Origin: Eledone cirrhosa
Taxonomy: Eukaryota
Assembly: GCA_964016885.1 (NCBI GenBank)
Contig: OZ024741.1
Coordinates: 299,212,001 to 299,276,000 of the forward strand
Direction: 5' to 3'
Length of the DNA: 64,000 nt
A program made the position numbers and the translations under genes. Under the pieces are notes generated by a model. That model had not been told where the DNA came from and made no database searches. It saw nothing but the letters and a program-made list of their open reading frames with translations. Position 1 is the first letter of the stretch. The number at the start of each line of letters is the position of its first letter. Shown piece after piece: positions 13,402 through 25,706 of the stretch.

Positions 13402-16400
13402 CTATAGGCGCATGGTCAGAGTAGGCCCATTCACACGAGCCATTCTCGCCACATTCACCCACCTTTTAGCAAATGTACTGGGGGGCAGCACTTCTCTCTC
13501 CACCCTCACCCTCCTTTCCAGGTGAAACTTGAAGAAGTTGATGAGGGATTGGCCGAAGAGAAAAGTGTCTGTCTTTAGTCCTTTCAACCTGGTCCACCAT
13601 ATAATCTCTTTCGCAACTGCCACCAGACAGAGGAAAATGTCCTGCTCTTCCTGACCTAAGGAAGGTGGCGGCTCGATCTTCACTATGGACTCGGCCGATA
13701 ACTGGATTCGTTCCACACGCGACAGTAGCTGTTCGACATAACTCCACAAGTCAGTAATGCACGGACATAGGACAAGTGCGTGCAGAACGGTTTCGTCGTT
13801 CTGTGCGCATCTTGGGCAGGTCCGTCTGACAGCACTTCCGTGCCTGTAGAGTTTATCCCGAACCGGCAGTGCCCCCCGGTAGCACTGCCAAGCGTGGGAT
13901 TTCTGGAAATTGTCCATCGTCCCCGGCTCAAAAGTCCTCCAGTACAGACTGGTCAGTTCGACTTCGTCGAGGCCCAAAGCTTCTCCGAGTGCGTCATCGC
14001 ACTTGCCCACCACTAATCCTCTATAAAACTCGAGAGTGGAAGTTCCACTGATCGCATTGCCCGCTTGGTAGAGGGCAGTGAGTGCCTGGCAACATTCCAG
14101 GTGCCAGTCACCCAGTGTCGGTCTCTTCTTGACCCAGGACTGCAGCTCAGTCAAAGAAATGAGCTGCGGAAAGGCCCGTCTGATAAACGGCGACCACACC
14201 TGTTCACCATTGAGGCAGAATATCTGGAGATGTCGCAGCCTCAACGCATGTCTGCGCATCATTAGCCACGGCATGCCCAGCCCTCCGCGTAGAGGGTGCT
14301 GGCAGCAGATGGACCGCCTCACCAACGGAACTTGTCCCCTCCACAAGAATTTGAAGAGGAGCCGTTCCAACTTGACGAGGCGCGGACGGGGGCAAGGCAT
14401 GACGGTTAGGCGGTAATAGATGACGGACGCGATGTACGGATTCGCCACCTCCGCGCGACCTTTCAGTGATAGCTTCCTCCCAGCCCATTTTTGGGTTAGA
14501 CTGGCTACTCTGCTCGTTACCTCGTCTCAATTCTTTTCCACCTGGAGGTCTGGTCCGAACCAAACCCCGAGCAACTTTACTGGTCCGTCGCTGTTGGACG
14601 GCATGGGCCTGCCTCTCCAGGTTCCGAGCTGCAAGCCCACCGACTTTTCCGGGTTAAGTTTGGCTCCTGTCAACCTTTCATATTCTTTCAATAAGGTGCC
14701 GACCACCTCGATTTCTGAGGTGTTCGACACCATCACGGTGATGTCGTCCGCATAAGCTGACACCGCCTTTCCACGTCCCGGTTCGAGCGGGATGCCCTGC
14801 AACAGCTCCAGCTTCCGCAGGAAAGGCTCGAGAGTCAATACCTACAGAAGGGAAGAGAGAGGGCACCCTTGACGGACCGATCGGGAGAGCCGAAATGGTT
14901 CCGAGAGGTGGCCATTAACTTTGACCACCGAGCGTGTGCCGCTGTGCATCGCAACGATCCAGCTTCTAAAGACAGGGCCGAAGCCAGCTGCTTTGAGGAC
15001 AAACTCCAGATACCGATGGTCGACCCTATCGAATGCTTTCGATTGATCTAAATTGATCAGTGCCCCACCGAAGCCAGGTTTACACCCTACCCTCTCTATG
15101 ATGTATCGCATGAGGTGGAGATTGTCGTGTATGGACCTGGCTGGGATTGCGCAAGTTTGCGCCTCCCCAACCAAATCCTCGACGACAAGCGCCAATCTCT
15201 TTGCTAACACCTTGGCCAAAATCTTAAACTCTGTGTTGAGCAGAGTTATGGGCCTGAAGTTGTCTAATGTATCCCTCTTGTTCTCGTCTTTCCTTATCAG
15301 CGTCACCACTCCCCTGCTCACAGAACTGGGAATACTCCCATTCTGCTGCCAGTTACAGTAGAGTGCTTCGAGGAGTTCGGAGAACAAGTCTGGCATATTT
15401 ACGTAAAGCTCGTAGGGCAGGGCATCCAAACCGGGTGACTTGCACCTCATGCAGCCGACAAGGGCGTCCTGAATTTCGGCTGAAGTAATCGGCCTTTCGC
15501 AGCGCTCAGCGTCGACCGTCGAGATGCGCGGCAAGCCGTCAAGGTAGGGACTGAAATCCGCTACTCTCTCTGACCCGCCACTCTCCCCGAACAACCGAGC
15601 AAAGTGCTGGCGAAAGGCCTCACACATCCGCTTGGAATCGCTTATCTCGTGTCCGTCTCGGTCCGCCAAAGACCGAATTGTGGTTTTATTACCACGCTGC
15701 GCCTCCGCCACGCGGGCCCATCGAACAGCTTTAGTTCCCTCGTTTCTCAGCGCACGCGCCTTAGCTCTGACAATGCAACTTTCGTGTTTGGCATTGAAGA
15801 AATGGTCTAATGCCATTCTCGCCGCTAGCACGTCAGTTGCGATGCCACTACAAATAGCCTCGTCTAACTTATCTACCAGCTCCCCCTCCTTTCTATTTTT
15901 CTCTAACGCTAGTTCTTTTCTGAACTCTATCGAAGTTACTCTAATCTCTCTTTTGAGAGCCCCCCACCATCTGTTGTTGATGATCCCCCCTGTCAACTTT
16001 TGCTTAACTAACTTATTGACTCGGTCCCTGTAAGCCTTACGTGCCGGAAATGACATGTTCAGCTTCCAGTAACCCGGTCCTAACCTACGCGTTTTATTTA
16101 GGTCGACCGTACAGATCACAAATTTGTGATCTGAATAGGCGACCGTTTTAAAAAGTCGACAGCCCACACTATTTCTATCTATTTTCCTAATGAAGATTCT
16201 GTCTATATACGATCTAGATGACCCCATTCGGTTGGTCCATGTCCATACTGGCACATTGGGGAAATCTAGTCGATACCTGTCAGACAGTTGGAACTGGCTG
16301 AGTAGGTGCTTGAGGCTTTTGCACCCCCCGCTCCTATCGGCTACTCCCACACAATCCCAGCGTGCGTCTAAGATGCCATTCCAGTCCCCCGCTAACAGTA

Positions 16401-16806
16401 AAGGGCGAGACGTACCCAGAAAGGTCTCCAGGCGCCTAAAGAAGTCAGGTCGTCCGGCCCCTGTAGGGGCGTAGGCGGCCAGCAGTCTAAAGGCACCACC
16501 TTCGCTACTGCTCACATCCAAGACCACCAACTTACCGTCCGGGTCCCGGAAGATCGACCTTACCTCGAGATCCAGTCCTTTCCTAAACAGCACTGCCACC
16601 CCACCCCCCATTCCCGGCCTGCTAACAGATGCGAAGATCTGATAGTCGTCGAAAATGGGGGCTAGTGCACGCGTGTCGGAAATTCTGGTCTCGCTTACGG
16701 CAATCACATCCATTTCCAGCGACCGGAGGTCGTTGAGCAGGCGACCCTGCTTCCAGGGTGACCCCAGGCCGCGAACATTTAAACTTCCTACTCTTAATAT
16801 GGCCAT
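13402..16806 (-). pseudogene. Tx1 ORF2 (APE endonuclease, RT, C-terminal zinc motif) with a nonsense codon and a frameshift
   Basis: SLNVRGL, SETR, AGDWN, SYIDRIF, YSDH, GYWKLN, KSPGLDAL, DQSKAFDRVDH, VRQGCPLS, AYADDI, CPRC..ETVLHALVLC; TAG at 14842-14844; frameshift near 14530. Confidence 0.92.
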
Positions 16807-18798
16807 ATTGGTAAGCTAAGAGAGAGAGAGAGGGAAGGTTTACTTACCTCCCGGGTCTTGTGAAGGTCGGGTGGTTCGAGCTTCATGGTTGGTGGGGTTT
16901 CTTTTGGGAACCCCTTTAAAAGTCTTGATGTGGGTTTCACATTCGGGTTTCCCACGTCTTGAGGTAAGCTCTCTCGAATTTCTTTGAAAGAATTGAGTGA
17001 CATTCGGACCAGAAGCAAATCTTCTGGCACGCAAAATGTGCTCATTTCAAAAATCTCCCCCTCTGTTTGAATGTCCTCGCTTCGCGCTAAGAGGGCCATC
17101 AGTTCATCGTTGGCCCTTCTGAAAAGCACGAAGTTTTTAAAATTTTGTTGGTGTGGTTTTATTTGTTTTCGTTTTGGTGAAGGTGGTGGCGATGGTTTTG
17201 GTGGTGTTGTTTCGGGTATGTCTATGTTTGTTGTAGGTGTGGTGTCTGCAATTTCAGGTATTTGTGTGTTTATTTGTACTTGTGTTTGTTTAGGTTGTTT
17301 GCGTTTCGGGGATTGTGGAGGTGGTGTCGATGTTGCTGATGGTACTGATGTTATTGGGGAAGTGTCTGCGTTAGTGGTGTCTGTATTATTTGTTGTGTCT
17401 GTTTTTGTGTTTTGTAGGGGCTTTTTTTTGTGTGAGTTTTCTGTTTTTTTGCACTTTTGGGTTTTCCTTCATCTACGCTGCTGGAAGACAAAGGGTCTGT
17501 GTCTGTGAGTGACTCTGTGTCTGTGTGTGCGTTTATTTTTTTTTGTCTATGTATATAGTTGGGGGGGGGGTAGGGGGAGTGGGAGAGCTTTCCTCGTTTT
17601 CTCCTTGGATTGGTTTTGGTGTTGGTGGTGATCCGGCTGCTTTTGATGTTGGTGTCCGTGTTTTTGTTGATGTTGTTTTTGGTGGTGGTGGTGGTGCAGC
17701 TTTCCGTGCTGACACTGGCGTTGGCAACAAAGGAGGTTTGCGACCCCCTGCATGTTTGCGCTGAGGGCAGAAGGCTTGAAGATGCGTGGCTTCTCCGCAA
17801 ACGAAGCAGCGTGGCCTTCTTCCGTCAATCATTAGTTGGATTGTTGTCCCGTCCTGCAGGCGGGCAAAATCTGGGATGTTATTTATATCCTCCGGTTTCA
17901 TTTGGAGAAGAATCTCCAAATCCATTCCGGACCAGTCTTCTCTCTCTGTCCTTTTGATGTCCAGGAGGGTGGTGTCTGTCCCCTCCTCGATTACGCATCC
18001 CAGCAGCCACCATATGTTCATTCCTGGTGGGATGCTGGGAATGCGTACCTTCACTGTCCTTTTACCCATATAGGACGGATGCATGATAATGCGTTCCGTT
18101 CTGCAGGGGATCACCGAGTGCTTAATAGCGAGGGCCTCGGATTTGAACAGTACCGAGGTGGTACCGAACTGTTTGCCTCTTTCTTTGTACTCTATGCTAC
18201 TTCCGATGTACTCCAACGCAGCCTCTATCTCTGCTTGGCTCGCAAGTTCCACTTTTCGTGTCTGCACCGAAATACATCGAAAGAGCACCGTCCTCCTTTG
18301 CATGGCCGCTATTGCCTCGTCCGGGATGGTCAGGTTTGCCCAGGACTTCTCCTGTTTAATTAGCCTCCACGCTTTGGCTAACTGTTCGTCTTTATCGCTA
18401 ATATCAATATCGATATTCAATAAGCGCTTTGTTTTTGCTGCTGCTGCTGCAGCAAATGTGGTGTTTCTGATGCTCTTATTGTTGTTGTTGTCATTCTTGC
18501 TGTTGCCACCGCCATCCTTGTTTACATTGAAGCTGTCGGTGTTTTTGTCGTTATTGCTCTGAGTTGTTGTTGTTATGGTGGTGGTGGTGGTGGTGGCGGT
18601 GGTGGTGATGTCGTTTTCAGATGATACTGCTGCTATGCCAGAAGATTGTGATGGTAGCTTTTTAGTTTTGCCTCCACATTCAGTAGAGTGGATGACAGGC
18701 ATGACTGTAGCCGTCGTAGTCGTGGTGAAATCTGCAGTGGCTGCCTTTAAACTTTTGACCTGAACGTTGTTTACCGTTTCAAGGTCGAAAATTTCCAT
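16794..18798 (-). pseudogene. Tx1 ORF1 (gag-like, CCHC knuckle), frameshifted in its low-complexity C-terminus
   Basis: ORF 17533-18798 contains CFVCGEATHLQAFC; the frame appears to continue in ORFs 17351-17800 and 16794-17129. Confidence 0.8.
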
Positions 18799-19010
18799 AA
18801 TTTTCTTTTGGTGAGGAAGTGATTTTTTTCGAAGATTTTAAAAATAAATCTGAATATTGAGAGGTATCCCTCTCTTTAAATCAAGATGTGTACCTTAAGT
18901 TTCGTTAATGACAAGAAAATACAAAAAAAAGACACTTTAAAACAGCTTAAAGCTACGAACCGTTTCCCCCGCAGACTTGTCTGTCTTCACACATAATAAT
19001 AATAATAATA

Positions 19011-19190
19011 ATTGTTTCTACTTTAGGCACAAGGCCAGCAATTACCCAGTGCATTACTGGTACTTTATTTTATCGACCCCGTAAGGATGAAAGGCAAAGT
19101 CAACCTCGGCGGGATTTGAACTCAGATTGTAAAGGGACGTAACTATGCTGGAAAGCATGGCGTCCGACCCTCTACCGATACTGCCAATCC
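19011..19190 (-). mobile_element. tRNA-derived SINE
   Basis: A-box TGGCAGTATCGG, B-box GAGTTCAAATCC, 3' end CTTGTGCCTAAAGTAGAAACA(ATT)n. Confidence 0.9.
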
Positions 19191-19205
19191 ATAATAATAA
19201 TAATA

Positions 19206-19700
19206 GAAGTGGTATGAGCATAAGCCAGAGTCGGTGATTGAAAACGATCAGGTGAAGGTGCTGTGGGATTTTAGGATACAGACGGACAAGAAACTGGTAC
19301 ACAATAGGCCTGACCTGGTGGTTTTTGACAAGGAAAAAAGATCGTGCCTGATTGTAGATGTAGCCTGCCCATTTGACACGACAGTGCAAGAAAAGGAGAG
19401 GGAGAAAATTAACCGATACCAGGACTTAAAGTGGGAGTTAAAAAGGATTTGGAACTGCCATGAAATTAAGGTCGTCCCGATTGTCATAAGCGCACTAGGT
19501 ACTATCTCAAAGAGTTTCCAAGGATGGTTAAAGAATTAGTCCAGCCCCGCTTTTTGGAACACTTCAAAAGGCATGTTTGCTGGGAATAGAAAGAACCCTC
19601 CGGTACGTCCTGAATGTCTGAGGCTGCAGGTAGTGGCTTGATATTCATTTCAATAAACTTTCCAGTTAACTAACATCAATGACTGAAACTCAAAGAACAA
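19206..19700 (+). mobile_element. R4/Dong-type LINE, family D, 3' fragment
   Basis: VLWDFRIQTD, HNRPDLVV, RYQDLKWEL, PIVISALG; matches 55862-56350. Confidence 0.9.
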
Positions 19701-19732
19701 TACTACTACTACTACTACTACTAATAATAATA

Positions 19733-19917
19733 ATTGTTTCTACTTTAGGCACAAGGCCAGCAATTAACCAGTGCATTACTGGTACTTTATTTTATCGACC
19801 CCGTAAGGATGAAAGGCAAAGTCAACCTCAGCGGGATTTGAACTCAGATTGTAAAGGGACGTAACTATGCTGGAAAGCATGGCGTCCGACCCTCTACCGA
19901 TACTGCCAATCCACCGC
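19733..19917 (-). mobile_element. tRNA-derived SINE
   Basis: Near-identical to 19011-19190. Confidence 0.9.
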
Positions 19918-19925
19918 ATAATAAT

Positions 19926-20140
19926 GAAGAAATACACAATTACAAAAGATAGTACTAATGGGAACTGCCCAGTTACTAAGGAACATTCTGTCAATATAAG
20001 TACATCACACGTCTAAACACTTAAAGATACTTGTGTGTGTATGTGTGTTATTTTTTTAACATGGCGGACCTTGTTGTCTCTTGAGGTCACTGGTTGTGAC
20101 TTGGTGATAACTCGTATGAACATAAAGCAAGATAAATGAA
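19926..20140 (+). mobile_element. Dong family B 3' end
   Basis: Matches 12045-12235. Confidence 0.85.
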
Positions 20141-20154
20141 AAAGTAACAATAAA

Positions 20155-20660
20155 AATAGGATCATTCATTGGGAATTTAGCGTAAAAAGTACGATCCTCA
20201 AAAGGCAGGTAAATGCTATGAACAGAAACCAGATTCATTGTGGAGAATGATTGAGTCAAAATCCTGTGGGATTTCATGCACCGGTGTAATCATCAAGTAG
20301 AATATAGAAAACCACGTATAAACAATTACTGACACTGAATGGAGCCCACTCTTCAGACAACAGGTTTAATGGTATAGAGATACAGGAAAAGGAAAGATAC
20401 GAAAAACTAGCTCTGTAAATATGACACCTATAGTGGATGATGAAAGTAGAAGTGAATCTGGTTGTAAGTGCACTTGGCACAGTCAGTCAACAAATAGAAA
20501 ACTAAATAAGAAGAGCATGTGTTATCATTGGGGTGAATCATCTGCAGAACTGCTTGAATACTCAGAACAATGCTTGAATATTGAAGGTGTCATCTCAGTT
20601 CTCAGGTTGTGATTAGCTGACATCTGTATTCCATCACCAGTGTTATTGAGACAACACAAT
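20155..20660 (+). mobile_element. Degenerate R4/Dong-type 3' fragment (family E)
   Basis: gtggagaatgattgagtcaaaatcctgtgggatttc (VEND.VKILWDF) and gtaagtgcacttggcaca (VSALGT); (TAA)n tail. Confidence 0.7.
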
Positions 20661-20681
20661 AATAATAATAATAATAATAAT

Positions 20682-20870
20682 AATTGTTTCTACTTTAGGC
20701 ACAAGGCCAGCAATTCACCAGTGCATTACTGGTACTTTATTTTATCGACCCCGTAAGGATGAAAGGCAAAGTCAACCTCAGCGGGATTTGAACTCAGATC
20801 GTAAAGGGACGTAACTATGCTGGAAAGCATGGCGTCCGACTCTCTACCGATACAGCCAATTCACCGCCCT
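20682..20870 (-). mobile_element. tRNA-derived SINE
   Basis: Near-identical to 19733-19917. Confidence 0.9.
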
Positions 20871-20885
20871 AATAATAATAATAAT

Positions 20886-21034
20886 GTTTTCTTTATTAAC
20901 CACAAGGGTTTACACAAAGTGAGACATTAAGGACAGTACAAATATAGGACGGTACAAATGGGCATGTCTGCGTGTAAAAAAAACAAAAACAGATGTAACA
21001 AAAAAGAACAATGAAAAATTCCCCAATAGGGGGG
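20886..21034 (-). mobile_element. Tx1 3' UTR fragment between (AAT)n tracts
   Basis: ctttattaaccacaaggg and aaattccccaatagggggg match 13131-13150 and 13286-13303. Confidence 0.75.
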
Positions 21035-21989
21035 ATAATAATAATAATTATAATGGATGCTGATTTAGAAGAAGCAGAAGAAGAAGAAGAAGAAGTAGAA
21101 GAAGAAGTGATAAAAAGCCGTAAAAAGAAATAACAGCCGCAGAAACAGAATTTAAAGAAGAAGAAGAAGAAGAAGAAGGTGATAATGATGTTGGTGATGA
21201 TGATGATAATGACAACGAAATACATTACAATGCAATAAAATAAGAAATGTGTAGAAGAAACAAATACGAAGCCAAGACGAATAATTAAAAGAAAAACGAG
21301 ATAAAAAGAATAAGTAGAAAGAGTAGTAGTAGAAATTGTTTAAGCTTAGGAAAATAAAGAAACAATGCCAAAAAAAAACCCCAAACCATCTATGAAATGA
21401 ATGTCTATCATAGTTTTGCTAAGAGCGTAATGTATTTCACGGGTGTTCTGGGAAAAATTATTGAGAAAATACAAAAAAAAAAAGCTTTTTCTTTGGTCTT
21501 TCTTTTCTTTATATCTTCAATCTTTTGTACTTTATATTTCTTCATCTTTCCTTCGTTCCCAATTACCATTATTTAAATATCGAGAACCGGTATTCATGTG
21601 GAAATAATCATTCTGTAAAAGGAAAAGATTTCTTGACTTCACAAGATATTATGATTTCACCAAATATTTTCGTGCTGTACTACTGTAATACGATGTCTAA
21701 ATTACACGGGATTATGAAAAGACTATGAGCATATATATACATAAATATCTATATATACACATGCTAGCATACCACTTGGAAAAAATGGCTGGATTGATAG
21801 TAAAAATATTAAATTTAATAATTACTTGATTACAAAATTAGAAAAGTATATAGTTAGACATATAGCTATACAGATAGATAAAGGGATAGACGGACCAGAG
21901 ACTGATAGACAGATGAGCGGATATATCATGACAACACTCTTTCTAAGAGATAGAGAGGAATATATCAGATTGTCTCTTCTCACTGGTAT

Positions 21990-22520
21990 ATCTATCTATC
22001 TAGGGCGGGTAAAATTCCCGAGATCCATGGACGAGTTCTCTCCAGCGGTCTCTGTCCGTCATTATCGCTGCCATGTCCTGCGTCTCCAACAGACCAGTGT
22101 CTGCCCTTATGGCATCAACATACGTCAAGCTTGGTCTTCCTCTTCCAGTGTGTCCATCTAGGGGCTCCCACAAGAGCACTGAGTGCAATGTCAACTCTGG
22201 ATGTCGGTGAGCATGTCCAGCTAACCTCAGTCTCTGTGTCACTTTTGAGCTGACTTTTGGGATGCTCCCATACAGCTCTGAGTGTATACTGATTAATGTT
22301 CAGAGCCATCCTCAGCATTCTCATGTAGCACCCATCCACCATCTGAGTGAGTTTCTTGGTCAGTGTCCAAGTCTCAGACCCACACAGCAGCACAGACTCC
22401 CCTACACCAATGAAGAGGCGGATCTTCAGGTCTTTACCAAGGTTCGACTTCCACACCGATCTCAAGTTGTGGCACGCCGCCTAGGCTTTGCTCTTCCTCT
22501 CAACCACATCATCTTCCGTA
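21990..22520 (-). mobile_element. RTE LINE 3' fragment, same family as 2329-3905
   Basis: RLRLAGHAHRH, GRPSLTYVD; (TAGA)n tail. Confidence 0.9.
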
Positions 22521-23334
22521 TTCCCATATATATATATATTCACTGGTATATATATATATATAGTTAGAGAAGCAAAAAATTGCTTATTGTGATCCAGTTC
22601 TTGGTTAAGAAAGCCAGTTTCATGGATGGTTTCAACGTACGGTTAGGGGTAACTCCACAAGTTTGTAAGAATTCCGTTCAATCTTGGAGTATAAAGTATA
22701 ACAGAGAAAACACATGTAAGCATTAAGAGAAGGATTTTATGCAGGTATTTACGACCGTTTCATTGGTAAGTGCAACCTTATATTGCTATACTGCAAATAG
22801 CAGCCACTCAATTATAATTGTTGTTCACAGTCCAAATTTCCAAAATAGTAAGTTACTCTTGAAATAATTCTTAATATATAGAAAAAAACATTTATTTGGA
22901 ATTGTATTTACTAGTATAGAGAGAGAGGAATCAGAAGGTGAGGGGACAAACGGAATAGGAGAGAGAGGAAGGGGGAAGAGGTAGGAAGTAGAGTGACAAC
23001 TGAGATGGAGGGAGGGGTGGAGGTGGAAGGATTCCTTGGTCAGTTTTGATAGCAGACTTCATGAAGTGGAATGTAGTGAGTTAAAGAGAATTAAATTGAT
23101 CATAGTGGGAGGGATGGATAGAGAGGGAGAGAGAGAGGGGGGAGATATAAAGAGATAAATGTATATATATATTGTTATACTTTGGGAGGGTCATGTTGCC
23201 AATAAGAAACACATGCACCAGCTGCTTTCACTTCAATTTATTATATATTTATAAATTTATAAATTTACAAATTTACAAACTTATAAATTTCTGGTTGGTT
23301 GGTTGGTTCCACAACCAGATAGTTGTTTATATAT

Positions 23335-23379
23335 AGTCATAGTCCTTTCGTCACACACTCTGTGACCTCTTCAGTGACT
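23335..23379 (-). ncRNA. Minimal type I hammerhead (family A)
   Basis: Reverse complement of 25402-25446. Confidence 0.8.
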
Positions 23380-25401
23380 GGGGATTCCTTTCTTTGTTTC
23401 TGTGCCTTTCCTTTCTTCTATCCAACGCCATTTTGTTTCTGTGTGTGTGTTGTGTGCTCAGTTTGCGCATGCACCACATCCGGGTGTCTGTGTGTGTTTG
23501 TGTTCATTTATCTATTTGTTTATTTATTTATTTATTGTTGGTTGGTTGTTTGTTCTATGTGTGTGTGTGTTTTCATTTTGTCCTGTGTGTGTTTTCATTT
23601 TGTCCTTAATTGTAAGTTGTGATGTTGCTGTTCCACTCATATTTTCTATTAAATTTTAATTTTGGTTTTAATTCTTTTATGCTTACTGCCTCTGTAATTT
23701 GCCTAAACATTGCGTCTTTTCTGTGTGTGGATTCTATTTTTATTTCTATGTTCTCTAATCTATCCCTGTGTTCTATCTTAGCATGTTGGTAGAGCACAGA
23801 TGATTCTTTATTATCTTGGAGGTCTCGCCAGTGTTCATTTATTCGTTCCCCTATACTACGAGCTGTGTCACCTATGTACACTATATTTTTGTTTCTACAT
23901 TGTCCTTCAGTACATCTTATGCTATACACTACATTTCTAGTTTTACAGTTAATATGGGGGCTTATTTTACAGGATATACATTTCTTATCTATACATGAGG
24001 GTCTTTGGAACGGGTATGTCTTGCTAATAAGTGTTTTTACGGAGGTACCTGGTCTTTCTACTATTTTAATATTGAGATTATGTTTATTTAGGGCCCTTCT
24101 AAATTTGTAGGCTAGTTCGCCTCTAGGCGTTGTATTGATGAACATTACACTCTGGTATTTATTGCTATCATACCATGAGTATTCTATTGGCCTTGTTCCT
24201 AGTTCTTTCTATTCTATTCCAAAATTTGCTCCTATACAAGGGGCAGGTCCCATTTATGTCATTATTTACCATTTTTTCCCATTTGGTTCTGGCTCCTTTA
24301 TACACTCTGATTCTATCTCTCTGATTGTAGCCAGAGAACTGCATACGGTGGATGAAGTGTTGTATGTGTCTCTCTAGTTCTTCGGGGTTGCACATGCGGG
24401 ACACATTTCTCATCACCCGTACCAAATCCGCAATCAGTATGTTGATTTTGGTATGGTCCGAAATGGCCGAGTTTCGGTGGATCAGATGTTTGGAAGTCAT
24501 GGGTTTGGCATAATGGGAATGGAGGATTTGTTTTTGGTTGTTAATGGTATCTAACCAGAGCTCTGTGTCTAGTACAGGTAATCGATGGTTGGGGTGTCTA
24601 CTTGGGTAGTCTATAGTAACTCTAATGCTCTGGTGGATGGAGTTTGCTATTTGCTGGATGCTTTCCATTGTGTTTTTCTCTAGTTCCTGACTGTTCTTTA
24701 GTGGGGGTGTCTTAACTACCATATTAACTACCATATTAACTGTAAAACTAGAAATGTAGTGTATAGCATAAGATGTACTGAAGGACAATGTAGAAACAAA
24801 AATATAGTGTACATAGGTGAGACAGCTCGTAGTATAGGGGAACGAATAAATGAACACTGGCGAGACCTCCAAGATAATAAAGAATCATCTGTGCTCTACC
24901 AACATGCTAAGATAGAACACAGGGGTAGATTAGAGAACATAGAAATAAAAATAGAATCCACACACAGAAAAGACGCAATGTTTAGGCAAATTACAGAGGC
25001 AGTAAGCTTAAAAGAATTAAAACCAAAATTAAATAGAAAATATGAGTGGAACAGCAACATCACAACTTACAATTAAGGACAAAATGAAAACACACACAGG
25101 ACAAAATGAAAACACACACAGGACAAAATGAAAACACACACACACATAGAACAAACAACTTACAATTAAGGACAAAATGAAAATACACACAGGACAAAAT
25201 GAAAACACACACACACACATAGAACAAACAACCAACCAACAATAAATAAATAAATAAATAAACAAATAGATAAATGAACACAAACACACACAGGCACCCG
25301 GATGTGGCGCATGCGCAAACTGAGCACACAACACAGACACAGAAACAAAATGGCGTAGGATAGAAGAAAGGAAAGGCACAGAAACAAAGAAAGGAATCCC
25401 C

Positions 25402-25446
25402 AGTCACTGAAGAGGTCACAGAGTGTGTGACGAAAGGACTATGACT
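25402..25446 (+). ncRNA. Minimal type I hammerhead (family A)
   Basis: AGTCA-CTGAAGA-G-GTCACA(gagtg)TGTGAC-GAA-AG(ga)CT-A-TGACT. Confidence 0.8.
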
Positions 25447-25706
25447 ATATATAAACAACTATCTGGTTGTGGAACCAACCAACCAACCAGAAATTTATAA
25501 GTTTGTAAATTTGTAAATTTATAAATTTATAAATATATAATAAATTGAAGTGAAAGTTACTGGTGCGTGTGTTTCTTATTGGCAACATGACCCTCCCAAA
25601 GTATAACAATATCGGTTTCAACACACGATTTCAGATAAAGAATCTTGCTAAACAAATTCAGAAACGAAATATATATATATATATATAAAATAAAGATAAA
25701 GATAAT

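Larger units (their letters stand above)
13128..18992 (-). mobile_element. Full-length Tx1/L1-clade LINE inserted in (AAT)n
   Basis: 5' UTR, ORF1, ORF2 and 3' UTR all present; (AAT)n at 13082-13126 and 18993-19012. Confidence 0.93.
23171..25670 (-). mobile_element. PLE family A (Neptune/Nematis-like CxxxxCxxC linker), 5'-truncated, with inverted duplicate arm
   Basis: RT thumb LPVLDTELW..SGY (24168-24720); GIY-YIG CKTRNVVY..YIGDTARSIGERINEH..ITEA (23606-24145); arms 23171-23957 and 24731-25610. Confidence 0.92.
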
